A stretch of 64,000 bases of DNA from Promethearchaeota archaeon. GTDB taxonomy: Archaea; Asgardarchaeota; Lokiarchaeia; Sigyniarchaeales; SOKP01. Location of the stretch: contig JAGXNO010000008.1 of the NCBI GenBank assembly GCA_019894975.1, positions 1 to 64,000 on the forward strand, written 5' to 3'. Both the position numbers and the translations under genes were made by a program. Below the pieces are notes generated by a model, which was not told where the DNA came from, ran no database searches, and saw only the letters and a program-made list of their open reading frames with translations. Positions 49,254 through 59,359 of this stretch are shown piece after piece (position 1 is the stretch's first letter; every line of letters begins with the position of its first letter).

Positions 49254-50144
49254 TTGGAGAATGAAACAAATAATGAGAATTTCGACAATACCGAAGAGAG
49301 AGAAGAAAAAATTGATGGTGAGTTCGAAGATTTTGAAGATGTCGAAGATACAAGAGAAGTAGTTGTACCTGGAGAGGTATTGACTGAAGATACGAAGAAT
49401 TTTCTGCCAGGACGAGGTACGATTTATAATAAGAAGAGGACGCAGATAATTTCTTTAAATATAGGATTAAAACAGATAAAAAAGAATTATATAAATGTGA
49501 TCCCTCTTAGAGGTTTTTATACTCCTCGACCTGGAGATAAAGTTATAGCTCTTGTTGTTGATAAGAATCCTGTGAAATATAGATGTGATATTAATGCGAA
49601 AGATTTTGGTACATTGAAGCCAAAAAATACAATAAAAAGAGGAAGAATGGGATCATTCAGAGGCGGTGGTGATCGTGGTGGTAGTCGTGGTGGTGATCGT
49701 GGTGGTAGTCGTGGTGGTGATCGTGGTGGCAGTCGTGGTGGAGGTTATTCTCGAGATGATAGCAACGCGGAAGTATTCGATATTGGGGATATCTTGATTG
49801 TAAAGATTTTGTCAGCTGATCGTTTAAATAAACCTGAACTAACAACTGTAGGAAAATATTTGGGTAAAAGAAATAACGGTGTTGTAATTACAATTGATCC
49901 CCCTAAAATTCCTCGCGTTATCGGTCGCGATGGCTCAATGATTAAAATGTTAAAAGACTTAACGAAGACTAATATTTTTGTAACTCAAAATGGACGCATA
50001 TGGATAAAAGGTGAAGATATCGCTCATGAACGGCTACTTATCGAATCAATACAAAAAATAGCGATGGAAGCACATACAGTAGGTTTAACTGACCGAATGC
50101 AGGAATATGTAATTAAAGAAAAAAAAAAAAGAGGTATAGATTAA
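49254..50144 (+). CDS. rrp4: exosome RNA-binding subunit Rrp4 (with RGG insert)
   Basis: VVPGE, S1 domain, KH motif IPRVIGRDGSMI, NGRIW. Confidence 0.92.
   Translation: MENETNNENFDNTEEREEKIDGEFEDFEDVEDTREVVVPGEVLTEDTKNFLPGRGTIYNKKRTQIISLNIGLKQIKKNYINVIPLRGFYTPRPGDKVIALVVDKNPVKYRCDINAKDFGTLKPKNTIKRGRMGSFRGGGDRGGSRGGDRGGSRGGDRGGSRGGGYSRDDSNAEVFDIGDILIVKILSADRLNKPELTTVGKYLGKRNNGVVITIDPPKIPRVIGRDGSMIKMLKDLTKTNIFVTQNGRIWIKGEDIAHERLLIESIQKIAMEAHTVGLTDRMQEYVIKEKKKRGID
49665..49736 (+). repeat. 3 x 24-bp tandem repeat encoding (GGDRGGSR)3
   Basis: GGTGGTGATCGTGGTGGTAGTCGT x3 with one substitution. Confidence 0.95.
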
Positions 50145-50900
50145 ATGCCATTGATTATTAAAGATGAGTATCCTGAAAAGTTATTCCGTGAAGACGGTAA
50201 GCGTCTTGATGGAAGGGATGCAAATGAAGTAAGACCAATTAAAATGGAAGTTGGAGTTATTAAGAGTGCTGATGGTTCTGCTTATTTAGAATGGGGTAAT
50301 AATAAAATCTTTGCTGCGGTCTATGGGCCAAGAGAAGTTCATCCACATCATTTAGCAAAACCAGATCGAGGGATTCTAAGAGTATTTTATAGAATGGCTA
50401 CTTATTCTGTTTTTGATAGAAAAAGACCAGCTCCCGGACGCAGAGAAAAAGAAATATCGATGATTGTATCAGATTGTTTAGAGCCAATCCTCTTTCTTGA
50501 ACTGTATCCAGGTACGAGTTTTGAAGTTTTTATTGAGGTAATAGATGCAGATGGAGGTACTAGATGCGCTAGTACTACAGTAGCAGCTTTAGCCTTAGCA
50601 GATGCTGGAATTCCTATGAAAAGCTTAGTTTCTGCGATCGCAGTAGGTAAGATTGACGGTAAACTAGTGGTAGACCTTTCAGGGATTGAAGATAAAGCTG
50701 GTGATGCGGATTTACCGATTGCAATCACATGGTATAATGAAGAATTATCATTACTTCAATTTGATGGAGATATGACTTTAGATGAAATGAATGAATTTTT
50801 AGATATGGCAAAAGAGTCATTAGGTAAAGTCTATCAAATGCAATTAGAAGCTTTAAAAAGGAAATATATTACTCCAACAAACGAGGAGGGTGAAAAATAA
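50145..50900 (+). CDS. rrp41: exosome subunit Rrp41
   Basis: RLDGR, GSAYLE, YGPRE, DGGTR. Confidence 0.95.
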   Translation: MPLIIKDEYPEKLFREDGKRLDGRDANEVRPIKMEVGVIKSADGSAYLEWGNNKIFAAVYGPREVHPHHLAKPDRGILRVFYRMATYSVFDRKRPAPGRREKEISMIVSDCLEPILFLELYPGTSFEVFIEVIDADGGTRCASTTVAALALADAGIPMKSLVSAIAVGKIDGKLVVDLSGIEDKAGDADLPIAITWYNEELSLLQFDGDMTLDEMNEFLDMAKESLGKVYQMQLEALKRKYITPTNEEGEK

Positions 50901-50902
50901 AG

Positions 50903-51730
50903 ATGATGGACGTAAAAAGAATAATTTCACGCATAGAAAAAAATTACATTTTATCAAACTTGAAAAAAGAAGAGCGTGTTGACGGTAGAGGTTTATGGGA
51001 TTATCGAGATTTTAGTATAACAAGTGACGTTGTTGCATCAGCCGAAGGTTCTGCCGATGTATCATTAGGAGACACAAGGTTAATTACAGGATTAAAATAT
51101 GATATCGGACCCCCTTTTGATGATTTACCCGATGAAGGAGTCTGCACTGTTATGGCAGAGCTACTTCCGTTAGCATCTCCTTTGTTTGAAAGAGGTCCTC
51201 CCGATGAACAATCTATCGAATTAGCGAGAGTCGTAGATCGTGGAATTAGACATGCAGATTGCATTCAAACCAAGAAACTATGTATTAAAGAAAAAGAAGC
51301 AGTCTATATTCTATTCGTTGATATGTATGTTATAAACCATGATGGTAATTTGATTGATGCCGGGGGAGTAAGTGCTTTAACCACTTTACTTTCAGCACAT
51401 CTTCCTGAAGGGAGAATTGGAGATAATGGTCTTGAATGGACAGGAAAATATTTGACAGGAGACGATTTAATCAAAGAATTGCCGTTTGTTATAACTTATG
51501 GAAAAATTGATGATATTATTTTCTTAGATCCTAATTTACCCGAAGAATTAATCTGTGAAGGTAAAATCTCAATCTCAGTGACAGAGAAAAATATTACATC
51601 TATTCAAAAAAGTGGAGCGGCTACATTTTCGATTGACGATATTAAAATGTTAGGAAAGAAATCTTTAGAAATTGGTCAAAAACTAAGAAAAGAGTTAAAT
51701 CTTTTGCAGTATAAAAGTTCAAATAAATAA
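50903..51730 (+). CDS. rrp42: exosome subunit Rrp42
   Basis: RVDGR, AEGSA, ELARVVDRGIR, DGNLIDA. Confidence 0.95.
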   Translation: MMDVKRIISRIEKNYILSNLKKEERVDGRGLWDYRDFSITSDVVASAEGSADVSLGDTRLITGLKYDIGPPFDDLPDEGVCTVMAELLPLASPLFERGPPDEQSIELARVVDRGIRHADCIQTKKLCIKEKEAVYILFVDMYVINHDGNLIDAGGVSALTTLLSAHLPEGRIGDNGLEWTGKYLTGDDLIKELPFVITYGKIDDIIFLDPNLPEELICEGKISISVTEKNITSIQKSGAATFSIDDIKMLGKKSLEIGQKLRKELNLLQYKSSNK

Positions 51731-51917
51731 ATTTTTTTAAATCATTTTTTATTATTTTGTTTAGGTTTTCTTATTATAAACAGATAATTTCTTTTGTAAT
51801 TTCACTCTAGTAAAAATGAAAAATCCAATGTAATTTTCTATCGCTATTTAGAAAAATTTATAGTTTATCCTAAGTTTTAATATATCATCAATTATTAAAA
51901 ACTATTTTTGAGATAAA

Positions 51918-52199
51918 ATGGGAAAGCGAACTGGAATTACCGGTAAATACGGTGCTCGTTATGGGAGCACATTACGTAAAAGAACTCGTTTAATTTTGGA
52001 AAAAATGAAAGGAGACGCGAAATGCCCTAGGTGTGAAACTAGAGGATCTATACATAGGATATCAACGGGGATTTGGCATTGTAAAAAATGTGATGCTCGT
52101 TTTACTGGAGGGGCGTATTTTCTTGAAACTCCTAGGGGAGCTGAATCCTTCCGGATTGCAAAACGTAAGCAAAGAGAAGTTGAAACAGTTGAAGAATAA
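51918..52199 (+). CDS. rpl37ae: 50S ribosomal protein L37ae (eL43)
   Basis: GKYGARYG, CPRC, GIWHCKKC, FTGGAY. Confidence 0.95.
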   Translation: MGKRTGITGKYGARYGSTLRKRTRLILEKMKGDAKCPRCETRGSIHRISTGIWHCKKCDARFTGGAYFLETPRGAESFRIAKRKQREVETVEE

Positions 52200-52471
52200 T
52201 GAACCAAACAACTCTTTTTACTATTGAATCAACTATAGAATTACTTTTTGAGAATTCTCACCTGAGAGATATTTCGTATAACTCTTTTATCCCTGAAATT
52301 AAAAAGCTGCAAACAAATAGATCAAAGATTTTTGTTGAGAAAAAAAATCAACATCAACTAGTCTTTCAGATTGAAAGTAATGATATCACCGCTTTTCGAG
52401 CCTCTATGAATGAAATTGTTAGTTTTGGTAAAATAATTGAAAATACTGTACAACTACATAAAATTTCTTAA
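52199..52471 (+). CDS. pcc1: KEOPS complex subunit Pcc1
   Basis: DITAFRASMN motif; conserved operon position. Confidence 0.8.
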   Translation: MNQTTLFTIESTIELLFENSHLRDISYNSFIPEIKKLQTNRSKIFVEKKNQHQLVFQIESNDITAFRASMNEIVSFGKIIENTVQLHKIS

Positions 52472-52535
52472 AATAATATAAAATTATAATAATTCAATTA
52501 AAAAATAAATTATAGAAAAGGAAGAAGGTCGAAGA

Positions 52536-52898
52536 ATGTCAATTAATTTAAATAATCTTGATGAAGAACAAAGAAATAAAATTCAAAACCTTGCAAATTT
52601 ACAGCAAACCTATGAAATAATAAATACTCAAAGAAATCAGATGGAGTCTCATTTAAGAGAAACAGAGTTTGCTATTGAAGAATTGGAAAAAACTAGCGAA
52701 GAAAATGCCGTTTATAAATCAATAGGAGGAATCTTAGTAAAAAGTGAGCGAAATAAACTGCTTGATGAGAAAAAAAGTTTAAAAGTTACTCTCGAAATGA
52801 GATTGAAAACATTAGATCAGAAGAAATCAAGATTAGAAAATCAAATTACTACATTAAGTACTTCAATTCAAGAGGATCTCAAAAATCAAAATATCTAG
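52536..52898 (+). CDS. pfdB: prefoldin beta subunit
   Basis: Coiled coils around VYKSIGGILVK. Confidence 0.9.
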   Translation: MSINLNNLDEEQRNKIQNLANLQQTYEIINTQRNQMESHLRETEFAIEELEKTSEENAVYKSIGGILVKSERNKLLDEKKSLKVTLEMRLKTLDQKKSRLENQITTLSTSIQEDLKNQNI

Positions 52899-52906
52899 AC
52901 GAATTC

Positions 52907-53911
52907 ATGTTATATTCTAAATATGAAGATTTTTTATCTTTTTTACAGTATAAAAAGATTCTTATCACCACTCATGATTTAGTCGATATTGATGGATTTG
53001 CTTCATGTTTTGCTCTAAAATTCTTTTTATGTGAACGTTTTAACAAATCACCCTCAATCTTTTTTTCAGAACTCTCAAAAGCAACTAAAAATTTTATGAA
53101 TAAGTTTTTAATTAAATTTCCAGAATTTAAATTCGATTATGAAACTGAGGTAAATCTTGCCAACTATGATGTATGCTTAATAATTGATACAAATGATTTG
53201 AGTCAAATACATTTTAATAGTAGTAAAAGCTCTAAATTAGATATACCATATATCTTAATTGATCATCACCATTATGGCAAAACTGAGCTTGAAAACCGCA
53301 ATATTTCTTCATTAAATTTAATAAATGACGATATTTCTTCATCAGCAGAAATAATTTTAGACTTAATTGAATCTCAAAACCAAGATTTGCCAACTAGATA
53401 CAGATATCTGATGGCTGCTGCTATTTTAGTAGATTCAGGATTCTTTAGATATGGAAATAATGGTACGATTAGAAAATTTAGTAGATTACTAGATGAAAAG
53501 GTAAACTACCAACATCTTCTAAATATGTTGCAAAATGAAACGGACATCTCCGAGAAAATCGCCAAAATTAAAGGCTTACAGAGAGTAGAGTTAATACGTA
53601 AAGGAGATTATTTAATTGGAGTCAGCAATGTAAGTAGTTTTGGTGCCAATGTTGCTTCGATGTTGATAAAAAATGGTTTTGATGTAGGGATTGTCTATTC
53701 TGTGGAAAAAAATAGGAAGAATATTAATAGTAGAGCAAAAAAAAGCGTCTGTTTAAATACAGGATTACATTTAGGTAAAATTTTAGAAGAATTATCAAAA
53801 TACGCTGACGGAAGTGGTGGAGGTCATGATGGAGCAGCTTCTATAGCATTTAATGCTGAGTTAAAACAGGTTCTTTCTAAGTTTATCGAGAAAATAAAAC
53901 ATTTTTTATAA
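52907..53911 (+). CDS. DHH/DHHA1 family phosphoesterase
   Basis: THDLVDIDG, IDHH, GGGHDGAA. Confidence 0.88.
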   Translation: MLYSKYEDFLSFLQYKKILITTHDLVDIDGFASCFALKFFLCERFNKSPSIFFSELSKATKNFMNKFLIKFPEFKFDYETEVNLANYDVCLIIDTNDLSQIHFNSSKSSKLDIPYILIDHHHYGKTELENRNISSLNLINDDISSSAEIILDLIESQNQDLPTRYRYLMAAAILVDSGFFRYGNNGTIRKFSRLLDEKVNYQHLLNMLQNETDISEKIAKIKGLQRVELIRKGDYLIGVSNVSSFGANVASMLIKNGFDVGIVYSVEKNRKNINSRAKKSVCLNTGLHLGKILEELSKYADGSGGGHDGAASIAFNAELKQVLSKFIEKIKHFL

Positions 53912-53974
53912 TCTAAATTTTAAATAATTAAACATTATTATACTTCAAAACTGAATGTAGGATTCAAAATAAGA

Positions 53975-54820
53975 ATGGATTTAGTAAGGTTTGAAGGTTT
54001 TTCTTTTCGTTATAAAGGAAATGAAGTTTATGCTTTAGATAACATTAATTTAAGGATAGAAGAAAATAAATTTATTTTATTGTGCGGAGAAACAGGTTCA
54101 GGAAAAACTACGTTAATTAGATGTATGAATGGATTAATTCCTCAATTTTATTCGGGTTTTTATAAAGGTAAAGTTTATGTGCATGGAATGGACACGACAA
54201 ATACATCAATAGCAAATTTATCTACTGAAGTTGGAATAGTTTTCCAAAATCCAGAGAATCAGTTAATTGCAATGAATGTAGAGCATGAGATTGCGTTTGG
54301 ATTAGAAAATCTAGGAGTTCCACCAAAAGAAATATCAAAAAGAATACAAGAAAGTGCTTCACTAACCGAAATTGAACATATTTTAGATAAAGCACCCTTT
54401 GAATTAAGTGGGGGGGAACAACAACGAGTTGCTATTGCTTCAATCTTAGTTTTAAAACCCAAATTTCTCATTTTGGATGAACCTACAGCATTATTAGATC
54501 CTTATATGGCTAAGAAAATTATAACATTATTGAAGGAAATACAACTAGATAGAAATCTTTCGATTATGATAAGTGAACATCGATTAGATCTAGTCATCCC
54601 TTTTGCAGAAGAGATAGTCTTAATGAAAGATGGGAGAATTATAGAACATGATTCTCGTGATAACGTTCTCAACGGATTAAAATTTCAAAACTTAAAGTTA
54701 AACAAACCCGTATTATATACAATATTTAATGAACTTAGGAAAAGAAACTTGATTAAGGGAAATATACCTGCTTCGATTCCTGCTGCTTTAGATTTGATTA
54801 AAAAATTCCAACACGAATAA
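53975..54820 (+). CDS. ecfA1: ECF transporter ATPase A1
   Basis: GETGSGKT, VFQNPENQ, LSGGEQQR, LDEPT. Confidence 0.9.
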   Translation: MDLVRFEGFSFRYKGNEVYALDNINLRIEENKFILLCGETGSGKTTLIRCMNGLIPQFYSGFYKGKVYVHGMDTTNTSIANLSTEVGIVFQNPENQLIAMNVEHEIAFGLENLGVPPKEISKRIQESASLTEIEHILDKAPFELSGGEQQRVAIASILVLKPKFLILDEPTALLDPYMAKKIITLLKEIQLDRNLSIMISEHRLDLVIPFAEEIVLMKDGRIIEHDSRDNVLNGLKFQNLKLNKPVLYTIFNELRKRNLIKGNIPASIPAALDLIKKFQHE

Positions 54821-54830
54821 GGTTGCTTAT

Positions 54831-55694
54831 ATGATGAAAGAATTACCATTAATTATTATAGATGGTGTTGATTACATTTATCCAAATGGTACTGCTGCTT
54901 TAAAAAATATTAGTTTAACTATCCATAAGGGGGAGATGATAGCAATTATGGGTAAAAATGGAGCAGGTAAGACAACTCTAATCCGAACTTTGAATGGTTT
55001 AATTAGACCGACAGCAGGTGATATTTTTATCAATTATGAAAATATTAATATGAAAAGTATAGCAGAATTATCGCAGAGGGTCGGTTTAATTTTTCAAAAT
55101 CCCTCTCATCAATTATTTGCTAATTCTGTAGAAGAAGAAATTAAGTTTTCCTTAAAAAACTTATATCAAGACAATGAAGAACTTCAATTAAAGACAGATT
55201 ATGTCTTAAAGAGTTTTAATCTTGAAAAATATCGAGAGAGATCTCCCTTAAACTTATCGGGAGGGGAATCAAAAAAGTTAGCCATTGCTTCTATTATGTG
55301 CAGAGATCCGGAGGTTCTAGTATTTGATGAGCCTACTCTAGGTCAGGACGCTAATGAGATTGAATCATTCATTAAATTAATTGATAAAGAAAAGAAAAAA
55401 GAAAAAACTGTAATAATAATAACCCATAATGTTGAATTTGCATTTGAATTTATCCCTAGAACAATTTTAATGGCAGAAGGACAAATTATTGCTGATGGTC
55501 CTACTCTAAATATTTTAAGTAGTAATTTTTTAACAGAAAGATCATCATTAGTCCTTCCCCAAACTCGGCAATTATCTTTAGCATTATCCAAGGCAGGATT
55601 CCAAGAACTCACCAATATAACTTCAAGACATGAAATCACAGAATATCTAATGAAAATTTTGGAGAATAAAATTACTTCAATCAAGGAGGAGTAA
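54831..55694 (+). CDS. ecfA2: ECF transporter ATPase A2
   Basis: GKNGAGKT, FQNPSHQLF, LSGGE, FDEPT. Confidence 0.9.
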   Translation: MMKELPLIIIDGVDYIYPNGTAALKNISLTIHKGEMIAIMGKNGAGKTTLIRTLNGLIRPTAGDIFINYENINMKSIAELSQRVGLIFQNPSHQLFANSVEEEIKFSLKNLYQDNEELQLKTDYVLKSFNLEKYRERSPLNLSGGESKKLAIASIMCRDPEVLVFDEPTLGQDANEIESFIKLIDKEKKKEKTVIIITHNVEFAFEFIPRTILMAEGQIIADGPTLNILSSNFLTERSSLVLPQTRQLSLALSKAGFQELTNITSRHEITEYLMKILENKITSIKEE

Positions 55695-55700
55695 AATTAA

Positions 55701-56468
55701 ATGTCTTTAGAATTTCTCAATGCTTTTAAATTTATGAAAAAAGAATCTTTTCTACATAATCTAGATCCAAGAACCAAGTTAGTACTTGCATTGATTTATA
55801 CGATAGGTGCATTACTATACAATCAAATTATGCCATTACTCTTTATTTTCTTGAGTTTACTTCCAATAGTTGTATTTGGTAAAATTTTAAAACAATGGGT
55901 AAAGAGCATTCGTGGTTTATCATTCTTAGTAATTTTTATCATAATATTAAACACTTTATTCATTTCATTATCATTTGCTATAGCAATGGTATTGAGAATT
56001 TGTATAATGGTTTCAGCTTTTTCAATCTTTTTTTTAACTGTAGATCCAAATGACTTAGCCCTTTCTTTGATCTCTATGAAGGTTCCTTATGAATTTGCTT
56101 TTTCCTTCTCATTAGCATTTAGGTTCGTACCAACAATTGCTACTGAAGCCCAAAATATAATGGATGCTCAACAAAGTAGAGGTTACGAGATGCAAAAAAA
56201 AGGAATCATTAGTCAAATTAAAAACCTCTTTCCTTTATTAATCCCATTAATCATATGTTCAATAAAGAGAGCCTTTAATGTAGCAGAAGCTTTAGAATCA
56301 AGAGCCTTTGGAAGCAATAAAGAACGTTCATATTATTATACCATCAAATTCTCAAAAAAAGATTGGATTTTTACGATTTATCTAATTTTATTTCTTATAA
56401 CACTAATCTTGATAAGAATTCAATTCAATTCAATGCCAGATTGGTTTTTATGGAGACTCCCAGTATGA
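55701..56468 (+). CDS. ecfT: ECF transporter transmembrane component T
   Basis: LDPRTK, RFVP, AQQSRG, ALESRAF. Confidence 0.9.
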   Translation: MSLEFLNAFKFMKKESFLHNLDPRTKLVLALIYTIGALLYNQIMPLLFIFLSLLPIVVFGKILKQWVKSIRGLSFLVIFIIILNTLFISLSFAIAMVLRICIMVSAFSIFFLTVDPNDLALSLISMKVPYEFAFSFSLAFRFVPTIATEAQNIMDAQQSRGYEMQKKGIISQIKNLFPLLIPLIICSIKRAFNVAEALESRAFGSNKERSYYYTIKFSKKDWIFTIYLILFLITLILIRIQFNSMPDWFLWRLPV

Positions 56469-57154
56469 TTACAAGAGAATTCTATATTAAACAATTGGAA
56501 CTAAGATATTTTGTGGCTATAAATCAATTTAACCTTGATTTAAATCATCTATTAGAAAGAAATAAAATAACTAGTGAAGAAAAAGTTTTAGATCATCTAT
56601 TTAAAACATTACAAGAAATCCAAGATAACAATAAAGAATCAGTAATACAGATAATCTGTGATAAATTTATTCTAAACCAGGATCATATTTATATTGCCTG
56701 TTATTATATGCAAAAAGCATTTTTTCGTAAAACAAATATATCTAATACGAAAAACATTGAACTAATGCTCTATTTATCAACTTATAGGCAAATTAGCAAA
56801 GCTATTGAAACCGTTGGTATTAATTCCCATGATCTAAAAGCAGGAAATATAATAATCTGTATCATCTCTCCAATTGATAATACCCCCAAAATTAACGAGG
56901 AGATCTTACAGATTCTTAATGCCAATGAGACGGAGTTAACACTAAATAACATGACGAGTGAAAAAATTAAAAAAATCATTGAGAACTATAACATTTTAGA
57001 TTCTCAAATAAAACCGGTTTTAAACTCATATCTTAACAAAGAAAAGAGTAAAAATGATGTAGATAATGAAGTAGAAATCTTATCTTCTGCTGTGTTTGAT
57101 TTAATTTGCGAAAAAATGGCACTTCTGAATTTAGAAAAAATAAAGTCGCGTTAA
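56465..57154 (+). CDS. cgi121: KEOPS complex subunit Cgi121 (extended)
   Basis: IELMLYLSTYRQISKAIETVG, EKMALL; ATGA overlap with the ecfT stop. Confidence 0.75.
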   Translation: MITREFYIKQLELRYFVAINQFNLDLNHLLERNKITSEEKVLDHLFKTLQEIQDNNKESVIQIICDKFILNQDHIYIACYYMQKAFFRKTNISNTKNIELMLYLSTYRQISKAIETVGINSHDLKAGNIIICIISPIDNTPKINEEILQILNANETELTLNNMTSEKIKKIIENYNILDSQIKPVLNSYLNKEKSKNDVDNEVEILSSAVFDLICEKMALLNLEKIKSR

Positions 57155-57165
57155 TGTTCTTTTTT

Positions 57166-57681
57166 TTAATTTCCTAATCGAATAGTATCATTTGGAGCAA
57201 GAAAAGAAATACCGCAATAATTTCCTAATACCTCAATCCTAATAACTATATCAGGGTTTTCAAGATCGACTTTATAATCTAGGCCACTTGCGATCCGATC
57301 AATTAAGTTATCTCTTTCTATGCCTTCATGCCTTCTTCTTTTTAGCACTATTTTAAAAGAATCTCCTTCATTCATAAATTTCTTATGATTTTCATGTATT
57401 AGATTAGACATTACTTTAATTTTGGTTTCACAAATATAATCAATCGGGATAATTTTTAGGATAAACTGAAAAAAATTGGGATTTTTTTTCAATATTTGTT
57501 GAATCTTATGGATTATTTTTTTAGCCTCTATATTACTTAAAGCACCAATTAACCCAGAAAACGATAACTTGGAAATAATTGGATAGTTATCACCACACAT
57601 TAATAGAGTAAACCACAACTCTGTGGAAGCATTCGTTTCATTAAATCGAGAAGTCGAAATTAATAAATTTAAGTTTTTCGT
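57166..57681 (-). CDS. THUMP domain protein (Tan1-like), probable ACG start
   Basis: LKIIPID, VDLENPD..IRIEVLG; frame open up to ACG at 57681 behind an AGGTGA Shine-Dalgarno-like site. Confidence 0.8.
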   Translation of the reverse strand, partial: TKNLNLLISTSRFNETNASTELWFTLLMCGDNYPIISKLSFSGLIGALSNIEAKKIIHKIQQILKKNPNFFQFILKIIPIDYICETKIKVMSNLIHENHKKFMNEGDSFKIVLKRRRHEGIERDNLIDRIASGLDYKVDLENPDIVIRIEVLGNYCGISFLAPNDTIRLGN

Positions 57682-57691
57682 GTGATCACCT

Positions 57692-58354
57692 TTATTTAAT
57701 AGATAAAAACTCTACAATCTGTTCTTCTGATATGCTGCCAATTCTTAAAAATTTTGGTTCTTGAGAAGTGCAGTCAACTATAGTCGTTGAAAGTCGTGAT
57801 TTAGATTTGCCACTATCAAGAATTAAATCGATGGGACTTAAAATTTTCTTAGCGACTTCCTCTCCACTAATACAGGGAGGTTCACCGGAATAATTTGCTG
57901 AAGTTCCAATTAAAATCCCAAGATGTCCCTCATTTTTTAATAGGTTCAAAATACTTAAGATAATTTCGTTCTCAGGAACCCGGACACCTATTGTATTTTT
58001 AAAAGCAGTTATTTCCGGTGGTATGACACTATGGTCCTTTTTTTTTAGTATTAGAGTTACTTGTCCCGGCCAATACCGGTTTGCTAATTTTATCGCTAAG
58101 TCATTAAATTCTGCTATCTTGAGAACTTCTTCAAAATCCGAAGCGAGTAGTAGAAAACCTTTGTCTCTATCCCGGTATTTAATATCATATATTCTGTTAA
58201 TCACATCTAAATTTAAGGGATTTCCTCCAATCCCATAAACCGAATTAGTTGGAAAAGCAATAATTTTTCCCTCGATTATAGTTTCCACTGCAATTTTTAG
58301 ATATAGTTCAATTTCTTCTAGTGTTTTCCCACCTAACTTTACTAAGAATCCCAT
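57692..58354 (-). CDS. sua5: L-threonylcarbamoyladenylate synthase (TsaC/Sua5)
   Basis: FPTNSVYGIG, IKYR, WPG, TSANYSG, STTIVD. Confidence 0.9.
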   Translation of the reverse strand: MGFLVKLGGKTLEEIELYLKIAVETIIEGKIIAFPTNSVYGIGGNPLNLDVINRIYDIKYRDRDKGFLLLASDFEEVLKIAEFNDLAIKLANRYWPGQVTLILKKKDHSVIPPEITAFKNTIGVRVPENEIILSILNLLKNEGHLGILIGTSANYSGEPPCISGEEVAKKILSPIDLILDSGKSKSRLSTTIVDCTSQEPKFLRIGSISEEQIVEFLSIK

Positions 58355-58414
58355 TTGATATTGAATAAAAATTTAAGCGTATAATACAAAAAGAGTATTG
58401 AATAAATTTAAAGA

Positions 58415-59356
58415 TTATTTTGGGTATTGGTCTTGACAGCTTAATTCAACATTAATTCGTTCCCAATTATGATCTAATTGTTCTTGAAGCTCTATTATTT
58501 CTTTTTCAGAGACTTGTGAGAATCGTTTTTGTTTGGAAAGATAATCAACTAATGGAGCTCTCTTTGAAGCATCTATTAAGGCTTTACTCTTTTTAGATAA
58601 TGTCATAATACCGTTTTCAACCTCAAATAATATCCACGAACCTGATTTTACAGCTAAACGTGCCACTTCTATTGATTCTTCGCTTTGATATCCCCAACCA
58701 GGAGGGCAAGGAGCTAAAATATGGATATATTTACAACCTTTAATTGATTGAGCTTTTTTAAATTTATCATATAAATCAAGGGGTTCGCTTATACTACAGG
58801 TTGCAACATAAGGTATATCATGTGCCGCTAAAATAGCTGGGAGGTTTTTCTTAAACCTTTCTTTTCCAAGAGTTGTGGTTGTAGTGAACGCCCCATGAGG
58901 TGTGCTTGAAGAACGTTGAATTCCGGTATTCATATATGCCTCGTTATCATAACAACAATATATGATATTTGTATTCCTTTCTGCAGCACCACTTAGACCT
59001 TGAATACCTATGTCTGCTGTACCTCCATCTCCTGCAAATACCAATGATGTTATTTCGTCCCATCCTCTATTTGGGAACTTATGAGCTTTTGCATCGAACG
59101 CAGCTTTCATACCTGTTGCTGCTGCTGCTCCGGCCGCAAATGCCATATTAGTAAATGGAAAATTTGGTGCCGTTTTAGGCCATAACCCAATAACAACATT
59201 TAAACATGAAGCAGGAGTTACAAGTGCTGTATTAGGGCCTAAAGCTTTCATTGCCCATCTAAGTGCAATTTCAAGACCACAACCAGCACAGCAAGAATTT
59301 CCCGGGAGGAAAAACTCTTCCTGACATGATTCTAACGCTTCTTTTAGTTTTACCAT
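58415..59356 (-). CDS. porB: pyruvate/2-oxoacid:ferredoxin oxidoreductase beta subunit
   Basis: CAGCG, GDGG...DNEAYMNTG TPP motif, PCPPGW. Confidence 0.9.
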   Translation of the reverse strand: MVKLKEALESCQEEFFLPGNSCCAGCGLEIALRWAMKALGPNTALVTPASCLNVVIGLWPKTAPNFPFTNMAFAAGAAAATGMKAAFDAKAHKFPNRGWDEITSLVFAGDGGTADIGIQGLSGAAERNTNIIYCCYDNEAYMNTGIQRSSSTPHGAFTTTTTLGKERFKKNLPAILAAHDIPYVATCSISEPLDLYDKFKKAQSIKGCKYIHILAPCPPGWGYQSEESIEVARLAVKSGSWILFEVENGIMTLSKKSKALIDASKRAPLVDYLSKQKRFSQVSEKEIIELQEQLDHNWERINVELSCQDQYPK

Positions 59357-59359
59357 CTC

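Noticed and set aside
49657-49845. His-rich ORF (HHDYHHDH repeats)
   Set aside because: Antisense shadow of the RGG repeat in rrp4.
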